Under the pieces are notes generated by a model. The model worked only from the letters and a program-made list of their open reading frames with translations, did not search any database and was not told the DNA's origin. Below, in pieces: positions 12,935 to 43,216 of a stretch of 64,000 nucleotides of DNA. The stretch is from Macrostomum lignano (taxonomy: Eukaryota). The stretch is from NCBI GenBank assembly GCA_002269645.1, contig NIVC01001670.1:1-64000 (forward strand), written 5' to 3'. Made by a program: the position numbers and the translations under genes. Every line of letters begins with the position of its first letter. Position 1 is the first letter of the stretch.

Positions 12935-13510
12935 TGTCTCCCTTCCCCTCTGTGTCTCCCTTCCCCTCTCTGTGTCTCCCTTCCCCTCTCTGTGTCTCCC
13001 TTCCCCTCTCTGTGTCTCCCTTCCCCTCTCTGTGTCTCCCTTCCCCTCTCTGTGTCTCCCTTCCCCTCTCTGTGTCTCCCTTCCCCTCTCTGTGTCTCCC
13101 TTCCCCTCTCTGTGTCTCCCTTCCCCTCTCTGTGTCTCCCTTCCCCTCTCTGTGTCTCCCTTCCCCCCTCTGTGTCTTCCTTCCCCTCTCTGTGTCTCCC
13201 TTCCCCTCTCTGTGTCTCCCTTCCCCTCTCTGTGTCTCCCTTCCCCTCTCTGTGTCTCCCTTCCCCTCTCTGTGTTTCACTTCCCCTCTCTGTGTCTCCC
13301 TTCCCCTCTCTGTGTCTCCCTTCCCCTCTCTGTATCTCCCTTCCCCTCTCTGTGTCTCCCTTCCCCTCTCTGTGTCTCCCTTCTCCTCTCTGTGTCTCCC
13401 TTCCCCTCTCTGTGTCTCCCTTCCCCTCTCTGTGTCTCCCTTCCCCTCTCTGTGTCTCCCTTCCCCTCTCTGTGTCTCCCTTCCCCTCTCTGCGTCTTCC
13501 TTCCCCTCTC
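12935..13510. repeat. 20-bp pyrimidine-rich minisatellite (TTCCCCTCTCTGTGTCTCCC)
   Basis: Direct periodicity. Confidence 0.95.
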
Positions 13511-14207
13511 TCTATCTCCTTTTACCGCTGTCTATCTCTGGACTCCCCTTCAATAATAATAATACTAATTCCAGAAGCAATAAATTATAATTATAATAAG
13601 TCCCTGGCGCAACGTCTTTTGCCAACAATCTCCCATCCACTCCCTCCCTTTCTCTCTGCCTCCCTCTCTATTTCACAGCATCCCGTTCCCAAGGCTGTCG
13701 TCCCTCTTCAATACACTGCAGATTAATTTAAACAGACAGGCGCCTGTGGCGGAGGAGGGACAGAGGTCAAAATCTCAGGATGCAGGCCTCCTCGCTGTGT
13801 ATCCCAAGTGCCTACAAAAGTTACTAATAAATAACGCTAAGGTGTTGCTGGCAACCCGCCGTCCCTACTCGGTCAGCCCACGGGCCTAATTGGCTTCACC
13901 TTTAGTCATCCATGCCGCGGATATGCGGATCTTCCGCCCCTTGCTCTCCGGCCCCCCGCACCGGACCCAGCAATAGAGCAATATTAGTGCGGAAAGTGCA
14001 ATTACAGACAGACTTTTGCTGTCCTTCCGCCCCCCCCCCCCCAGCATAAAACTGATTCCCCTCCCTCAGTATTGCGCGCACTCTGCGCACTCCGCGCAGC
14101 CCCGCTGGCATTTGGCTGCCGCCCCCGCCGGCCAAAGTGCGCCGTCCGCTGCCGCCCGCCGTCTGCTGCTGCTGCTGCTGCTTTCTACTCTCCCCTTCCT
14201 CTCGCAA

Positions 14208-32074
<17,867 letters not shown>

Positions 32075-32099
32075 CGACCTGCGGCTGCTGGTGGCGGCC

Positions 32100-32850
32100 C
32101 GACTGCACTGCCCACTGCCCACTGCCCCGATTGCACTGCCCCACTGCCCCGATTGCACTGCCCCACTGCCCCGATTGCACTGCCCCGATTGCACTGCCCC
32201 ACTGCCCCGATTGCACTGCCCCACTGCCCCGATTGCACTGCCCACTGCCCCGATTGCACTGCCCCACTGCTTCGATTGCACTGCCCCACTGCCCCGATTG
32301 CACTGCCCCACTGCCCCGATTGCACTGCCCCGATTGCACTGCTTACTGCCCCGATTGCACTGCCCACTACCCCGATTGCACTGCCCACTGCCCCGATTGC
32401 ACTGCCCACTGCCCCGATTGCACTGCCCACTGCCCCGATTGCACTGCCCACTACCCCGATTGCACTGCCCTACTGCCTTGATTGCACTGCCTACTGCCCC
32501 GATTGCACTGCCCACTGCCCCGATTGCACTGCCTACTGCCCCGATTGCACTGCCCACTGCCCCGATTGCACTGCTCACTGTCCCGACTGCACTGCCTACT
32601 GCCCCGACTGCACTGCCCACTACCCCGATTGCACTGCCCTACTGCCTTGATTGCACTGCCTACTGCCCCGATTGCACTGCCCACTGCCCCGATTGCACTG
32701 CCTACTGCCCCGATTGCACTGCCCACTGCCCCGATTGCACTGCCTACTGCCCCGATTGCACTGCCCACTGCCCCGATTGCACTGCTCACTGTCCCGACTG
32801 CACTGCCCACTGCCCCGACTGCACTGCCCACTGCCCCGACTGCACTGCCC
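32100..32850. repeat. 21-22-bp repeat (CACTGCCCCGATTGCACTGCC) immediately 3' of the channel stop codon
   Basis: Direct periodicity. Confidence 0.9.
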
Positions 32851-35174
32851 GCCTTCAACCTACAAACCCGGAGACCGCTGCACCCGCTGCCCCAGCATGC
32901 CGCCTGGCTCAGCCGACTGCCAGCTTCAACGGGCGGCACAACACGGGAGCAGAAGCAGAAACTTAAACAAAACAGCGGCTTTAATCGCACGGTAGGCAGA
33001 ACTGACGTGCCGCTTGCTCTGCGGTTTGCATGCCGTTTCTCCGGTGTTGTTTCTCCTCTGCTTTATCAGCCTACTAATAGTAGAGATGACAGCTTCCTAA
33101 TGAAGAACCGGCCAACCCCCTGCTGCAGAACAAGATCCAGTTCTACCAGATGGTGGAAAGCCACGGCCGCGGCGCCAACCGCAAGAACTCAGTTGGAGCC
33201 GACCTGGCCCGGCGCCAGCATCACCAGCATCATCACCGGAGGAACCACAATCAGCTGACAGGTGGCGCCAGGTGACAGGCTGTTTGCTGTCCCTCGCCGC
33301 CTCTCTGTCCCCCCCCCTCCCCAAGCCGGTCCGCTCTTAGCCAGGACAATCAATGCGCCAAGTATAAATTATAGTTTCATATTTTTCTTTGCTGCTAATA
33401 AATACGAGCTACTTGTAATAATGATTCATCAACTTTCCTTTCGCCGTTACTGCACCAATTTCCCTGCAATCAATAACAGTCACGTGCAGCTCGCATGCAT
33501 CTGATGAGCAGTTTGAGTTCATCAGTTTTCTCCCGAACTCCCGAAGACTCCACAAGCCCCGAAAGGAACATCTTATTGCATTTTGCCCAGGTTTCGCTAT
33601 AATCACACCTGCAATCAGTTATAATTAATACTTCTCTTGCTGCTGTTGTTATACTTTGATGTCAATAGCGCGCCAAATTAAACTAATTCAAACGCAGCGA
33701 GGAGTTGTTGACCCCGCCGAGTCCCGGGCCTCTGCCTGTCCCGCGCTGTGGCAGCCCGTCACAGGCTCAATGAGTCAGCATTGTGTCAGATTGCAAATTT
33801 CCAAAAATATAAAGAGTAAATATTAATATCTTACTTTAACCCAGCAGTGATCTATCCGAATGAAACAGCAAGCCAACTCATTGATTTTAAATAATGAATT
33901 ATTAATTTCAAATAAATTGATTTATTTAGCAAAAACTTGACTGCCACATCCGTGAACTTGGTTGTAAAAACAAGCTCATTCTCTGACTACAAAAAACACA
34001 GTACGCCCGCATAAATAAATATAATTGATTTGTTTTATAGAAAAAACAAACGATAAGACTTGCGATAGTCTACTGAAAAAAGTAGACTGCCATGCGTGTG
34101 AACATTGGGTTTTTCACACGCTGGTCATTTTAAGAAGCTTATATATGGCACTGCAAAATCTACATGGGCTTCATTCACGCATAGTTCACAGACTCTCCGC
34201 AATGCTCACACAATCCCCGCAAAATTCACACACACCCTTCATCATTCACAACCTAGCATAACTCATTCACACACTCGAAGAAGTATCCAAAATCATTCAC
34301 GCAATCCTAGCATCGTTCACCCACTCGCAGCAGCATTCACACTCTCTCGCACACCGTGATGAAAGCTCATCGGACTCAAACACAGGCTGCGCCAATATCG
34401 ATCTTGAGCTCTGCTCAGCGAAAGGGATATCTGTTTGACCAGTGGCTGGGGCGACTGTAGCGGCTCTGATCCCAAATTCCTTTCCTCCTCCTCATCCTCC
34501 TCCTCCGCTGCATCCTCGTTTCCTGAGTCCTTCTAGGGGCAGAAATCGTCTCTCTCTCTCTCTCTTCCCTCCTTCGGATGCTTTTTTCACCCCGCACTTT
34601 CAGTCTGCACAGCACAGGCCGGCAGCCAAGCGTACGCACTGGGGGTTTCACTGCTCGGTTCGAGTGGCAGTAGAGTTGATCTCGTATTCAACTGGGGGAC
34701 AGCCGGTTAAAGCCACCACCCAGAGCAGCGAGCAATCCTCTAGCTCACAGTTGAGTGGAGGGGATTTCATCCCGCCGGAGGGAGGGACAGCGTCGAAGAA
34801 GGGAGAGTGGGGATTAATGCTAGAAAAGGGGGGGAAGAGAAGAGAGGAAGAGAGGCAGCAGAGAGCTAATAGAGATGAGGAATCCGATGGGAAGAGGGAG
34901 CGGAGCTCAGCCGACACCAGCCTCTCGAATCCGCAGCCCCCGTTGCTGAGTTGGGCAGGCAGCGAGGCGAGAAAGAATAAGAAATGCAGCGAGCCTCGAG
35001 GGCGCAGGGATGCGAGCCAAAAATCTACAAAGCGGCCAGGCGGGCAGCGGCTTGCCAGGCACTTGGGGCAGCAGCGACCACGCCCGCTAGCCCTGACTGG
35101 CTACGGTGCAAGCGGACTTGAGCACTGGCCCAGATTCTAATACTCAGAGCCACACCTGGACACTTGGGCGAGCA

Positions 35175-36822
35175 ATGCGGCCATCTGGCGAACTCGGCGG
35201 CATTGCAGCCGCCTTCTGGCCCCGGCGTCACGGGCGCCTTCGCTGGCGGCTGGTGCAGACTGGCGCGGCCGCCCTGCTGCTGTCCGCCCTGCTGCTCTAC
35301 CTGACCTCGTCGTCTACCGCCCGACATATGTCGGCCCTGTCAGTCTTGCCGACTGTCGGGCAGTCGTCTCAACGACGTCTCCTGCTGGAGGCAGCAGTGA
35401 TTAACGAATCGGTTAACAGCAACTTGTCCGAACGGCAGCTGCAGCTGAGCAAAAAATACTGGGCAAAGGTAGAGTAGAGTAGATTAGAATAGAGTAGAGT
35501 AGAGTAGAGTAGAGGAGAGTAGAGTAGAGTAGAGTAGAGTAGAGGAGAGTAGAGTAGAGTAGAGTAGAGGAGAGTAGAGTAGAGTAGAGTAGAGTAGATT
35601 AAAATAGAGTAGAGTAGAGTAGAGTAGAGCAGAGTAGAGTAGAGTAGAGTAGAGTAGAGTAGATTAAAATAGAGTAGAGTAGAGTAGAGTAGAGTAGAGT
35701 AGAGTAGAGTAGAGTAGAGTAGAGCAGAGTAGAGTAGAGTAGAGTAGAGTAGAGTAGATTAAAATAGAGTAGAGTAGAGTAGAGTAGAGTAGAGTAGAGT
35801 AGAGTAGAGTAGAGTAGAGTAGAGTAGAGTAGAGTAGAGCAGAGTAAGGTAGAGTAAGCTGAATTCATTTTCTGTTTGTTTTCCAGGTGCAGCTGCACTT
35901 TTCCAACGGCGGCGCCGACTCCCCACACTACCGGATGCTTGAGTCCCGATGCAGCGTCCCCGACAACGAGACCGAGCCGATCCAGGCGCTCCAGTTGCCC
36001 CCGACCGGCTTCTCCGACCACCCCTACCTGATCAACTCCGGCCCCTGCACCGGCCGCGTCTCCATCGTCCTCGCCGTTCACTCGGCCATCGGGCACTCGG
36101 ACCGGCGCCGTGTCATCCGCGAGACCTGGGGCAGCGTCCGCTACGTCCGCGGCCGCCGGCTGCTGCTCGTTTTCTTTCTCGGCCGGCCGGCCGGCGACGC
36201 CGAGCAGCGGCAGCAGGCCGCAGTGGCGGAGGAGGCGGCCCGCCACCAGGACATTGTGCAGCGCGACTTTGTTGACAGCTACAGGAACATGACCATCAAG
36301 CACCTGGGCATCTACGACTGGCTGTTCGAGTTCTGCAAGTCCGCCGACTGGCTCGTCAAGGTCGACGACGATGTGTTTGTCGACGTCTTCCACCTGGAGG
36401 CGTTTCTCAGCACCTACCGGCCGGGCGCTGGGCTCTGCTGCAAGGTGCAGAGCGGCAGGCCGGAGCGAGTCCCCAGCGACAAGTGGTTCGTCACCAGGCG
36501 GGAGTTCCCCGGCGACAAGTACCCGAAGTACTGCGAAGGCTACGCCTACATCATCAAGCCAACGCTCGCCCGGCTGCTCTACTGGTGCTCCGTGTTCTCC
36601 AGACGTCTGTGGATCGATGACGTCTACGTGCTGGGCATCCTGGTGCAGCGGCTGGGCCTCCGGCACCAGCCAGCCCTGCAGGGTCACCTGTGGGCCGACC
36701 TGCTGCCCAGCCACATGGGAAAGGCCATCGTTGATAACGTCTTCCTGGTGGACAGGCACAACGGACTCCAGGGCAGCACCTGGCGGAGACTGCACAGGGC
36801 TGCTGTGAAGTACTCCTACTGA
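35175..36822 (+). CDS. GT31-family beta-1,3-galactosyltransferase-like type II membrane protein, about 409 aa, 2 exons
   Basis: Exon 1 35175-35468 (MRPSG..., TM segment AAALLLSALLLYL); intron 35469-35886; exon 2 35887-36822 with GT31 motifs VFFLG, DIVQRDFVDSYRNMTIK, WLVKVDDDVFV (DxD), YPKYCEGYAYII, IDDVYVLG; AATAAA near 36926. Confidence 0.92.
35469..35855. repeat. (AGAGT)n pentanucleotide array filling the GT31 intron from the donor onward
   Basis: The donor AAG|GTAGAG is the first unit of the array. Confidence 0.95.
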
Positions 36823-37665
36823 CCTGCCTGCGCGCACACAGGCTGCTGTACGAGTGTTGATACGCGCATTAACAAACGTATTTATTTTTGTTAATATCGA
36901 TAAGAATATTGTTTACATGTTGCAAAATAAAATTGAGAAAATAACTTTAGATTTCTTTTTATTGATCGATCGGTTTTATTAATCCGAAATTGAATTATCA
37001 ATCACAATTTTCTGTCACTTTAGAGTCACGATTGCCTCCACCAAAAATGATGCCGACCGACTGATGCCACAGCAGCCCTAAAAGGAAGATTGTATAAATT
37101 ATCGAGTGAATTCAGTGCACTCAACCGGCGAGGGCCATTGCTTGCCCATTCCGCCGACTCCCCTGAGCAGGCGCACAAGCGCGCGGATACGTACGCAGGC
37201 ACACACTCACACAGGAGTGTACAGCGGCCCTAACTTTATTTATCGTTAGGCATGTACACTTCACTGCGCCTTGCGGGTTGGCCCTCAAGGGCGTTTAAAA
37301 TTGCACGAGCAGAGCCAAGCCGAGATTCCAATTCAGCCCCAAATTAATGCGACTGCACTTGGAATCGAGCCTGGGCCGCTGGAACATCAGAGCGCCGCGC
37401 TGGGCGTTAAAGATGGTTAATTATAATTATTATGGTTAATGAAGAACGGTATTGAACGAGAAGAGAAATAAGGGGATTGTAGATAAGATTAGATAAGCTA
37501 ACGAAGATAAGGTAAGGACCAGACCAGGGCATGGGGTTTCGGGTGGAGAGGCCAGCCCCCCATTTTAATAAGAGCAGGCTCTTTTTCAGCTGAGAATCTG
37601 GGACGCCCTGGGTGAAGCATGCACTGGTCAGTTGTTTCAAGTGAATGCTGACGCACCGCATTGAG

Positions 37666-37993
37666 CTACTGGAGAATGATAGCCTCTACCGTAGTGGCGT
37701 CCATTTGCAGAAGGTCGTCAAGGCTTTTTGGCGCCTCTGTGGTCTCCTGTTCGTGAGCTCGCATTTTCTGAACGAACGGCTTCAGCTTCTGGATGCACTG
37801 AGACACCCCCTTGGGGTCCGGCATCGGGCGGTCGGTGGGCGGAGAGCCCTGGGACGGCGAGGTCTCTAAAAGTTCAAGTAAAAAATGCAAGTAAACAATG
37901 ATTTGCAGTATCCTAATTAACATAATGAGCTCACTCACCGAGCACCAGGATCAGGGCGAACAGCAGAACAGTTGACAGGCAGAGAGTTCGCAT
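37666..37993 (-). CDS. Small secreted peptide, paralog 1 (84 aa: MRTLCLSTVLLFALILVLETSPSQGSPPTDRPMPDPKGVSQCIQKLKPFVQKMRAHEQETTEAPKSLDDLLQMDATTVEAIILQ)
   Basis: Exon 1 37993-37939 (hydrophobic signal peptide, donor G|GTGAGT, phase 1); 73-nt intron; exon 2 37865-37666. Confidence 0.75.
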
Positions 37994-38859
37994 TGTGGAA
38001 GCGTTGGCAGTGCGTGACTATGCGGCAAAACTAATTGAGTCGAGTCAGTTGAGTCTTATCTGCAATGCTCCGAGCACCTCATATTTATTTATTTCTGCAT
38101 CCGCGCCCACTCAAAGTCAAGTGCAGACTTCTTTAGCAGGCAATTAATTTTCCGGTTTCGATTGCTCTCAGTTTTCAGACAGCTGTTTCTACTGCGATCT
38201 TAGGATTTAAACGCCCACCAAACTTTGAGTTTCCGTGCTCAGGTGTGCCACAAAAAACCGAGAAACAAATCAAAGGAGAAAATGAATGCCCCCGAGCAAC
38301 AGATTACAGCGAAAGTGCTGATTACATGAGGATTTGGTGACAGATGAGGCTTCAACTGAGTCCTCGGTCCCAGATCGGATTTCGGTGTGAAAGCCACAGC
38401 TGGCGGGCCAGAAATTATAATGAAAAATATACTGTGCTACTCTATATGCCCTCAGAGTTAAGTAGTTCACGAACTCAAAGAGACTTAACTTCAGAGAACA
38501 CAAGTTTCCTTTTAACTTTATTGGGAATGGGAACAGCTCAATCGCTGTAAAAAATCCCAATATCTTTGCACCTTATAGACTTCAGAATTACAAATGGAAA
38601 AAGTTTTATTGGAAAGCGACACATTGCAGGTTGATATCAATCCGCATAGGAAAAATGCACCCAAACAGATGGGAACAATTGGTGTCGCTTTTGGCGATCT
38701 AAATGGGAATTTGGACAATCAAAACAAGACGCCACGGACATTCAAGCCAGGCCAAAGACTCGGGCTGCTTGGGAATACACAGCCATAGAATGTGGAACGG
38801 ACAATAAAAATGGGAAAGTGCCATTCAAAACGGGAATTCGCCCAATTTATAATTTGTTG

Positions 38860-39030
38860 ACAGCTGGCTTCGGTGCTTTCAACCTGCTGTGGGGCAGCGA
38901 ACCCGACCAGGGCCACGAAGGCGCCGCGGAGGCCCGTCGCCTCATTGACTGGTGTATCACCACCAGCTACCGGATCCTAAATAATGGGGAGCACACGTGC
39001 GTAGACCGGCGCTCGGGCCGCACCTCCATT
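38860..39030 (+). mobile_element. Relic of a non-LTR retrotransposon APE endonuclease
   Basis: Translation FNLLWGS...LIDWCITTSYRILNNGEHTCVDRRSGRTS resembles the LWG...L.DW...ILN.G..T...G..S segment of LINE endonucleases; GDLN near 38692; no RT domain seen. Confidence 0.55.
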
Positions 39031-39530
39031 ACATTTGCCAAATTCCAAGTTGGAAAATTATAATAAAATATGGTGCTTGTCAATTTAGCTTAGATCTACA
39101 AATACGTGCATCTATAGCACAGGTTAGATAATCCTAGATAATTGACTCCCTCGTTGATTCCAGGGAAATTGTATCGCTCACTGCTAGAGATTACTATCAG
39201 TGCAGTAGTCTGTACGGTACAGATATAACAATTATTAAGATTCACCAATAAACTCTGTAATCTCATCAGTCTGATTCAATGTTTTTTATAGTAGCTCGTA
39301 GATCATACTTGGATCGTCAGAAATTTTGAATTAAAATGCGTTTGCGCTACTGAACTGACGAGTAGTTTATCGTCAACGAGCATTTGCGCACTTGTAGGGA
39401 TTCTTTATCAAAATTGAGCGAAAAGCAATTCGAGAAGAAATTTGGCTTGAAATGTCTATTAACCACACTTAAATATGAACGTTCATTTATTCAGAATATC
39501 TCAGCCAGTCGGGCGAGCTCTGATGTCTTC

Positions 39531-40380
39531 TCATCTCTGATGAAAGAATCCAGCTCGAAGGTCTATCTGGAGGAACATGGCTACTTCAATGTCCGGCTCA
39601 GTTACTTTGGCGGAGGCGGTGAACTCCGACTCGCTGGTGGTGTTGAACAGTTCCGCTAGCAGACCCAGAAGCTGCTGCACCCTGTGGTGGCTCAGATTTG
39701 GCTGCTCCGATGCTGTTCGGACCGGATGGCGGCGTGGCTGCCGTCACGTCTGGAATTAAACCGGAACGGAGTTCAGGGACTGCCTGGCACTGAATACCGG
39801 TCTCTTCTACACTGCACTATCCAGTCTCTATCCAGTCTCTATCTAGCCTCTATCCAGTCTCTATCTAGCCTCTATCCAGTCTCTATCTAGCCTCTATCCA
39901 GTCTCTATCCATTCTCTATCTAGTCTCTATCTAGTCTCTATCCAGTCTCTATCCAGTCTCTATCCATTCTCTATCTAGTCTCTATCTAGTCTCTATCCAG
40001 TCTCTATCCAGACGCTATCCAGTCTCTATCCAGTCTCTATCCAGTCTCTATCCATTCTCTATCTAGCCTCTATCCAGTCTCTATCCAGTCTCTATCTAGC
40101 CTCTATTGCAGTCTATATCCATTCTCTATCCAGTCTCTATCCAGTCTCTATCTAGCCTCTATCCAGTCTCTATCCAGTCTCTATCCATTCTCTATCCAGT
40201 CTCTATCTAGCCTCTATCCAGTCTCTATCCAGTCTCTATCCAGTCTCTATCCAGTCTCTATCCAGTCTCTATCCAGTCTCTATCCAGTCTCTATCCGGTC
40301 TCTATCCAGTTCCGCATGTGAAACTCACCGATCAACATTGTCACAAAAAGGCAGACGAGAATGGCGGAGACGAGTCGCAT
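39531..40380 (-). pseudogene. Small secreted peptide, paralog 2; frameshifted relative to paralog 3 or using a shifted acceptor
   Basis: Exon 1 40380-40329 (MRLVSAILVCLFVTMLI, phase 1). The acceptor homologous to paralog 3 (ATTCCAG|AC, 39749) puts the conserved block EQPNL..VQQLLGLLAELFNTTSESE out of frame; AACAG|CA 37 nt downstream would restore it. The 3' UTR and AATAAA (39486-39491) are homologous to paralog 3. Confidence 0.6.
39815..40310. repeat. 11-bp intronic repeat (CTCTATCCAGT)
   Basis: Direct periodicity. Confidence 0.92.
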
Positions 40381-41360
40381 TGTTACGGTCAAAGTCTGCT
40401 TGGTAGAGAACAAGTGAGTCCTGGCTGCGTCAGTTCACCGATCGAGTCCCCAGTTCTGAGCAGTGTGCCAGAATTTATACCAAAAAGTGCCATAGACACC
40501 TGATAGCCCTTCAAATTTGAATTCTGTTTGAAAAAAGTTGCACTCGAATATGATTTAGAAAATGGCAAAATTCAGAACTCAAGTGTTCCATGCCTCAAGC
40601 ACCTGAATAGTTTCAGGTGCTTGAATAGTGAGTAAGTCTCTCAGCAGGCTCCCCCAGTGAGTGACGTGGCAGCTACTGATAAAGTTTCTCAGGCTGTTTG
40701 CAGCTGACAACAAATGCCTATCCGCAGTCGAAAAAATGTGCGAGACTTATGCAGGCATCCAGTCTTAAGAAAAGCATGTGATATTGCTATGCCCCGAAGG
40801 CTTAAGTCAAACGTTTTGGGGGAAGCAGGCAAGGAATTCAAGATGTTTCCAGAGCTGGATGACGGTGCAAAAAAGGGGTGACGAGGGCATCGTGGGATAA
40901 GCGAGTGGAACTATCCCGGAGGGAGGTGATTTTTACAGACGGATCAGGCAAAATGGAGTCAAGTGTCATCCGCAGTGAAGAGAGTGTACCGAGGACACAA
41001 GCAACAAAATACCGTGTCAGATATGATACAACCACATAGAGTCTCAGGCGCCTCTCTGGGCTAGGGCTGCACCGCTGACCAAACCCGGAGCGCCGAAATC
41101 AAGTGACTTTCATAGGTTTGATTCAGATCTTAATTTAAAATGAGTTTGTACTACTCAACTGACAAGTAGTTTATCGTAAAACTATATCGAAACCAGCAGT
41201 CGTGCACTTTCAGGATAAAAAAATGAACGAAAATCAATAGATTTGCTTGAAGTGTCTCTTAACCAGATTTTTTAATGAGAATTTATTTGTTCAGAATATT
41301 TCAGCCAGTCAGCGAGCGCTGATATCTGCTCATCTCAGACGGAGAATCCAGCTGGGAGGT

Positions 41361-42517
41361 CTATTGGAGGATAATTTTTGCTTGCGCCTGGTGCAGCTGA
41401 TTATCTGACTTGTCGACCGGCTTCAGAAGGGGGGCGACGGTTGTGGGCTCCGGCTCACTGGTGGTGACCCGGCCCAGCAATTTCTGCAGAATACCCAGCA
41501 GCTTCTGCAGATTGGGCTTCTCTTTTTGGTTCTTGTGATCCCGGTTTTTAAAAATGAACGGCGTGACGGTCGAAACGTCTGGAATGAGATCGATTTGGAG
41601 TTCACAGAGTTCGTTAAAGCTGAGCATTCCACAAGATCGGGTCTCTCTCTCCTCTACTGAATTGGAGCCTATCCTGCCTATATCCAGTTTCTATCTAGCC
41701 TATAATCCAGTTTCTATCTAGCCTATAATCCAGTTTCTATCTAGCCTATATCCAGTTTCTATCCTGCCTATATCCAGTTTCTATCCTGCCTATATCCAGT
41801 TTCTATCCTGCCTATATCCAGTTTCTATCCTGCCTATATCCAGTTTCTATCCTGCCTATATCCAGTTTCTATCTAGCCTACATCCAGTTTCTATCTAGCC
41901 TATATCCAGTTTCTATCTAGCCTACATCCAGTTTCTATCTAGCCTACATCCAGTTTCTATCCTGCCTATATCCAGTTTCTATCTAGCCTACATCCAGTTT
42001 CTATCTAGCCTATATCCAGTTTCTATCTAGCCTACATCCAGTCTTTATCCTGCTTATATCAAGTCTATCTAGTCTCTATCAAGTCTATATCTAGTCTCTA
42101 TCAAGTCTATATCTAGTCTCTATCAAGTCTATATCTAGTCTCTATCAAGTCTATATCTAGTCTCTATCAAGTCTATATCTAGTCTCTATCAAGTCTATAT
42201 CTAGTCTCTATCAAGTCTATATCTAGTCTCTATCAAGTCTATATCTAGTCTCTATCAAGTCTATATCTAGTCTCTATCAAGTCTATATCTAGTCTCTATC
42301 AAGTCTATATCTAGTCCCTAATTAGTCTGTATCTAGTCTCTTTCTATTCCTCATCTTCTCTTCTCTTATACTATTTCTCGCTCAATTCCGCCCCCTCCTG
42401 AGAGACAGGAGGCATCCACGGCTTTCTCCGAATGCTTTGATCGCCAGCCCCGAGCTGGAACTCACCGATCAGCAGAGCCACAAAAAGGCACACAACAATT
42501 GAGGAGGCAATTCGCAT
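41361..42517 (-). CDS. Small secreted peptide, paralog 3 (89 aa: MRIASSIVVCLFVALLIDVSTVTPFIFKNRDHKNQKEKPNLQKLLGILQKLLGRVTTSEPEPTTVAPLLKPVDKSDNQLHQAQAKIILQ)
   Basis: Exon 1 42517-42466 (signal peptide, G|GTGAGT); exon 2 41578-41361; AATAAA 41282-41287; TATATAAA-like box near 42601-42608 on the minus strand. Confidence 0.8.
41665..42340. repeat. Intronic arrays of about 20-22 bp (CCAGTTTCTATCTAGCCTATA; CTCTATCAAGTCTATATCTAGT)
   Basis: Direct periodicity. Confidence 0.9.
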
Positions 42518-42560
42518 TGTTCCTGTCAAAGCCTGCTTTAAGCTGAGCACAAATGAGTAT

Positions 42561-42573
42561 TGCTGACTCAGCT
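42561..42573. promoter_or_regulatory. MARE/AP-1-like element TGCTGACTCAGCT upstream of peptide paralog 3
   Basis: 12/13 match to the T-MARE TGCTGACTCAGCA, between the TATA-like box and the ATG; function untested. Confidence 0.25.
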
Positions 42574-43216
42574 CCCCTGTTCTCTTTCGGGGCATCAAAT
42601 TTATATAGTAAAAATTCAATGGCAAAAAGTCAGTCAGCTGCTCTTCAAGCCCAAATTAAGTGAATTCTGCGTCTTTTTTTCGCAGAATGCAAAACTTTAA
42701 GTGTCCTTTTTGAATCAGAAGTGTTTTGAAAAGTGGAAAATTTCTCTCAGTATTTCTAAAAAACACTTGCAGCTGCGGATAAAGTTTCAGCCTCTTTTTC
42801 TCCTTTTTCTTCCAAATATCTCGACAGCAGCGGGAAAGCAGATGTGCTCAAGATCTGCTGAGAGCTGAGGCGAGAAATTCCTGCCATCGCAACTCAACTC
42901 TCTGACCTCTCGGCAGCTGAAGGAAACTGATTAAACTTGTGCAAATTTACCTTATGAAGGTGGGACTGAATGCCTTTGAGTAAGCTTTGAGTAAACTTTT
43001 CATGACCCGAGTTCCACGCCAATTAGGGACCAACCCAAAATCAAATAAATCGTTTATTTTATTTTTTGTTTGTGGGGAGCCGCCATTGCAACCGGGGCGG
43101 CACAGAAGATAAATAGCGGAGGTGCTTCCCAGCACTCTACCGTCTATTCTCCCCGAGGAAAAAGAGAGCAATCACTGACAATAATACACTGAAGATACAC
43201 TCGTAGTTGCCAAGCT

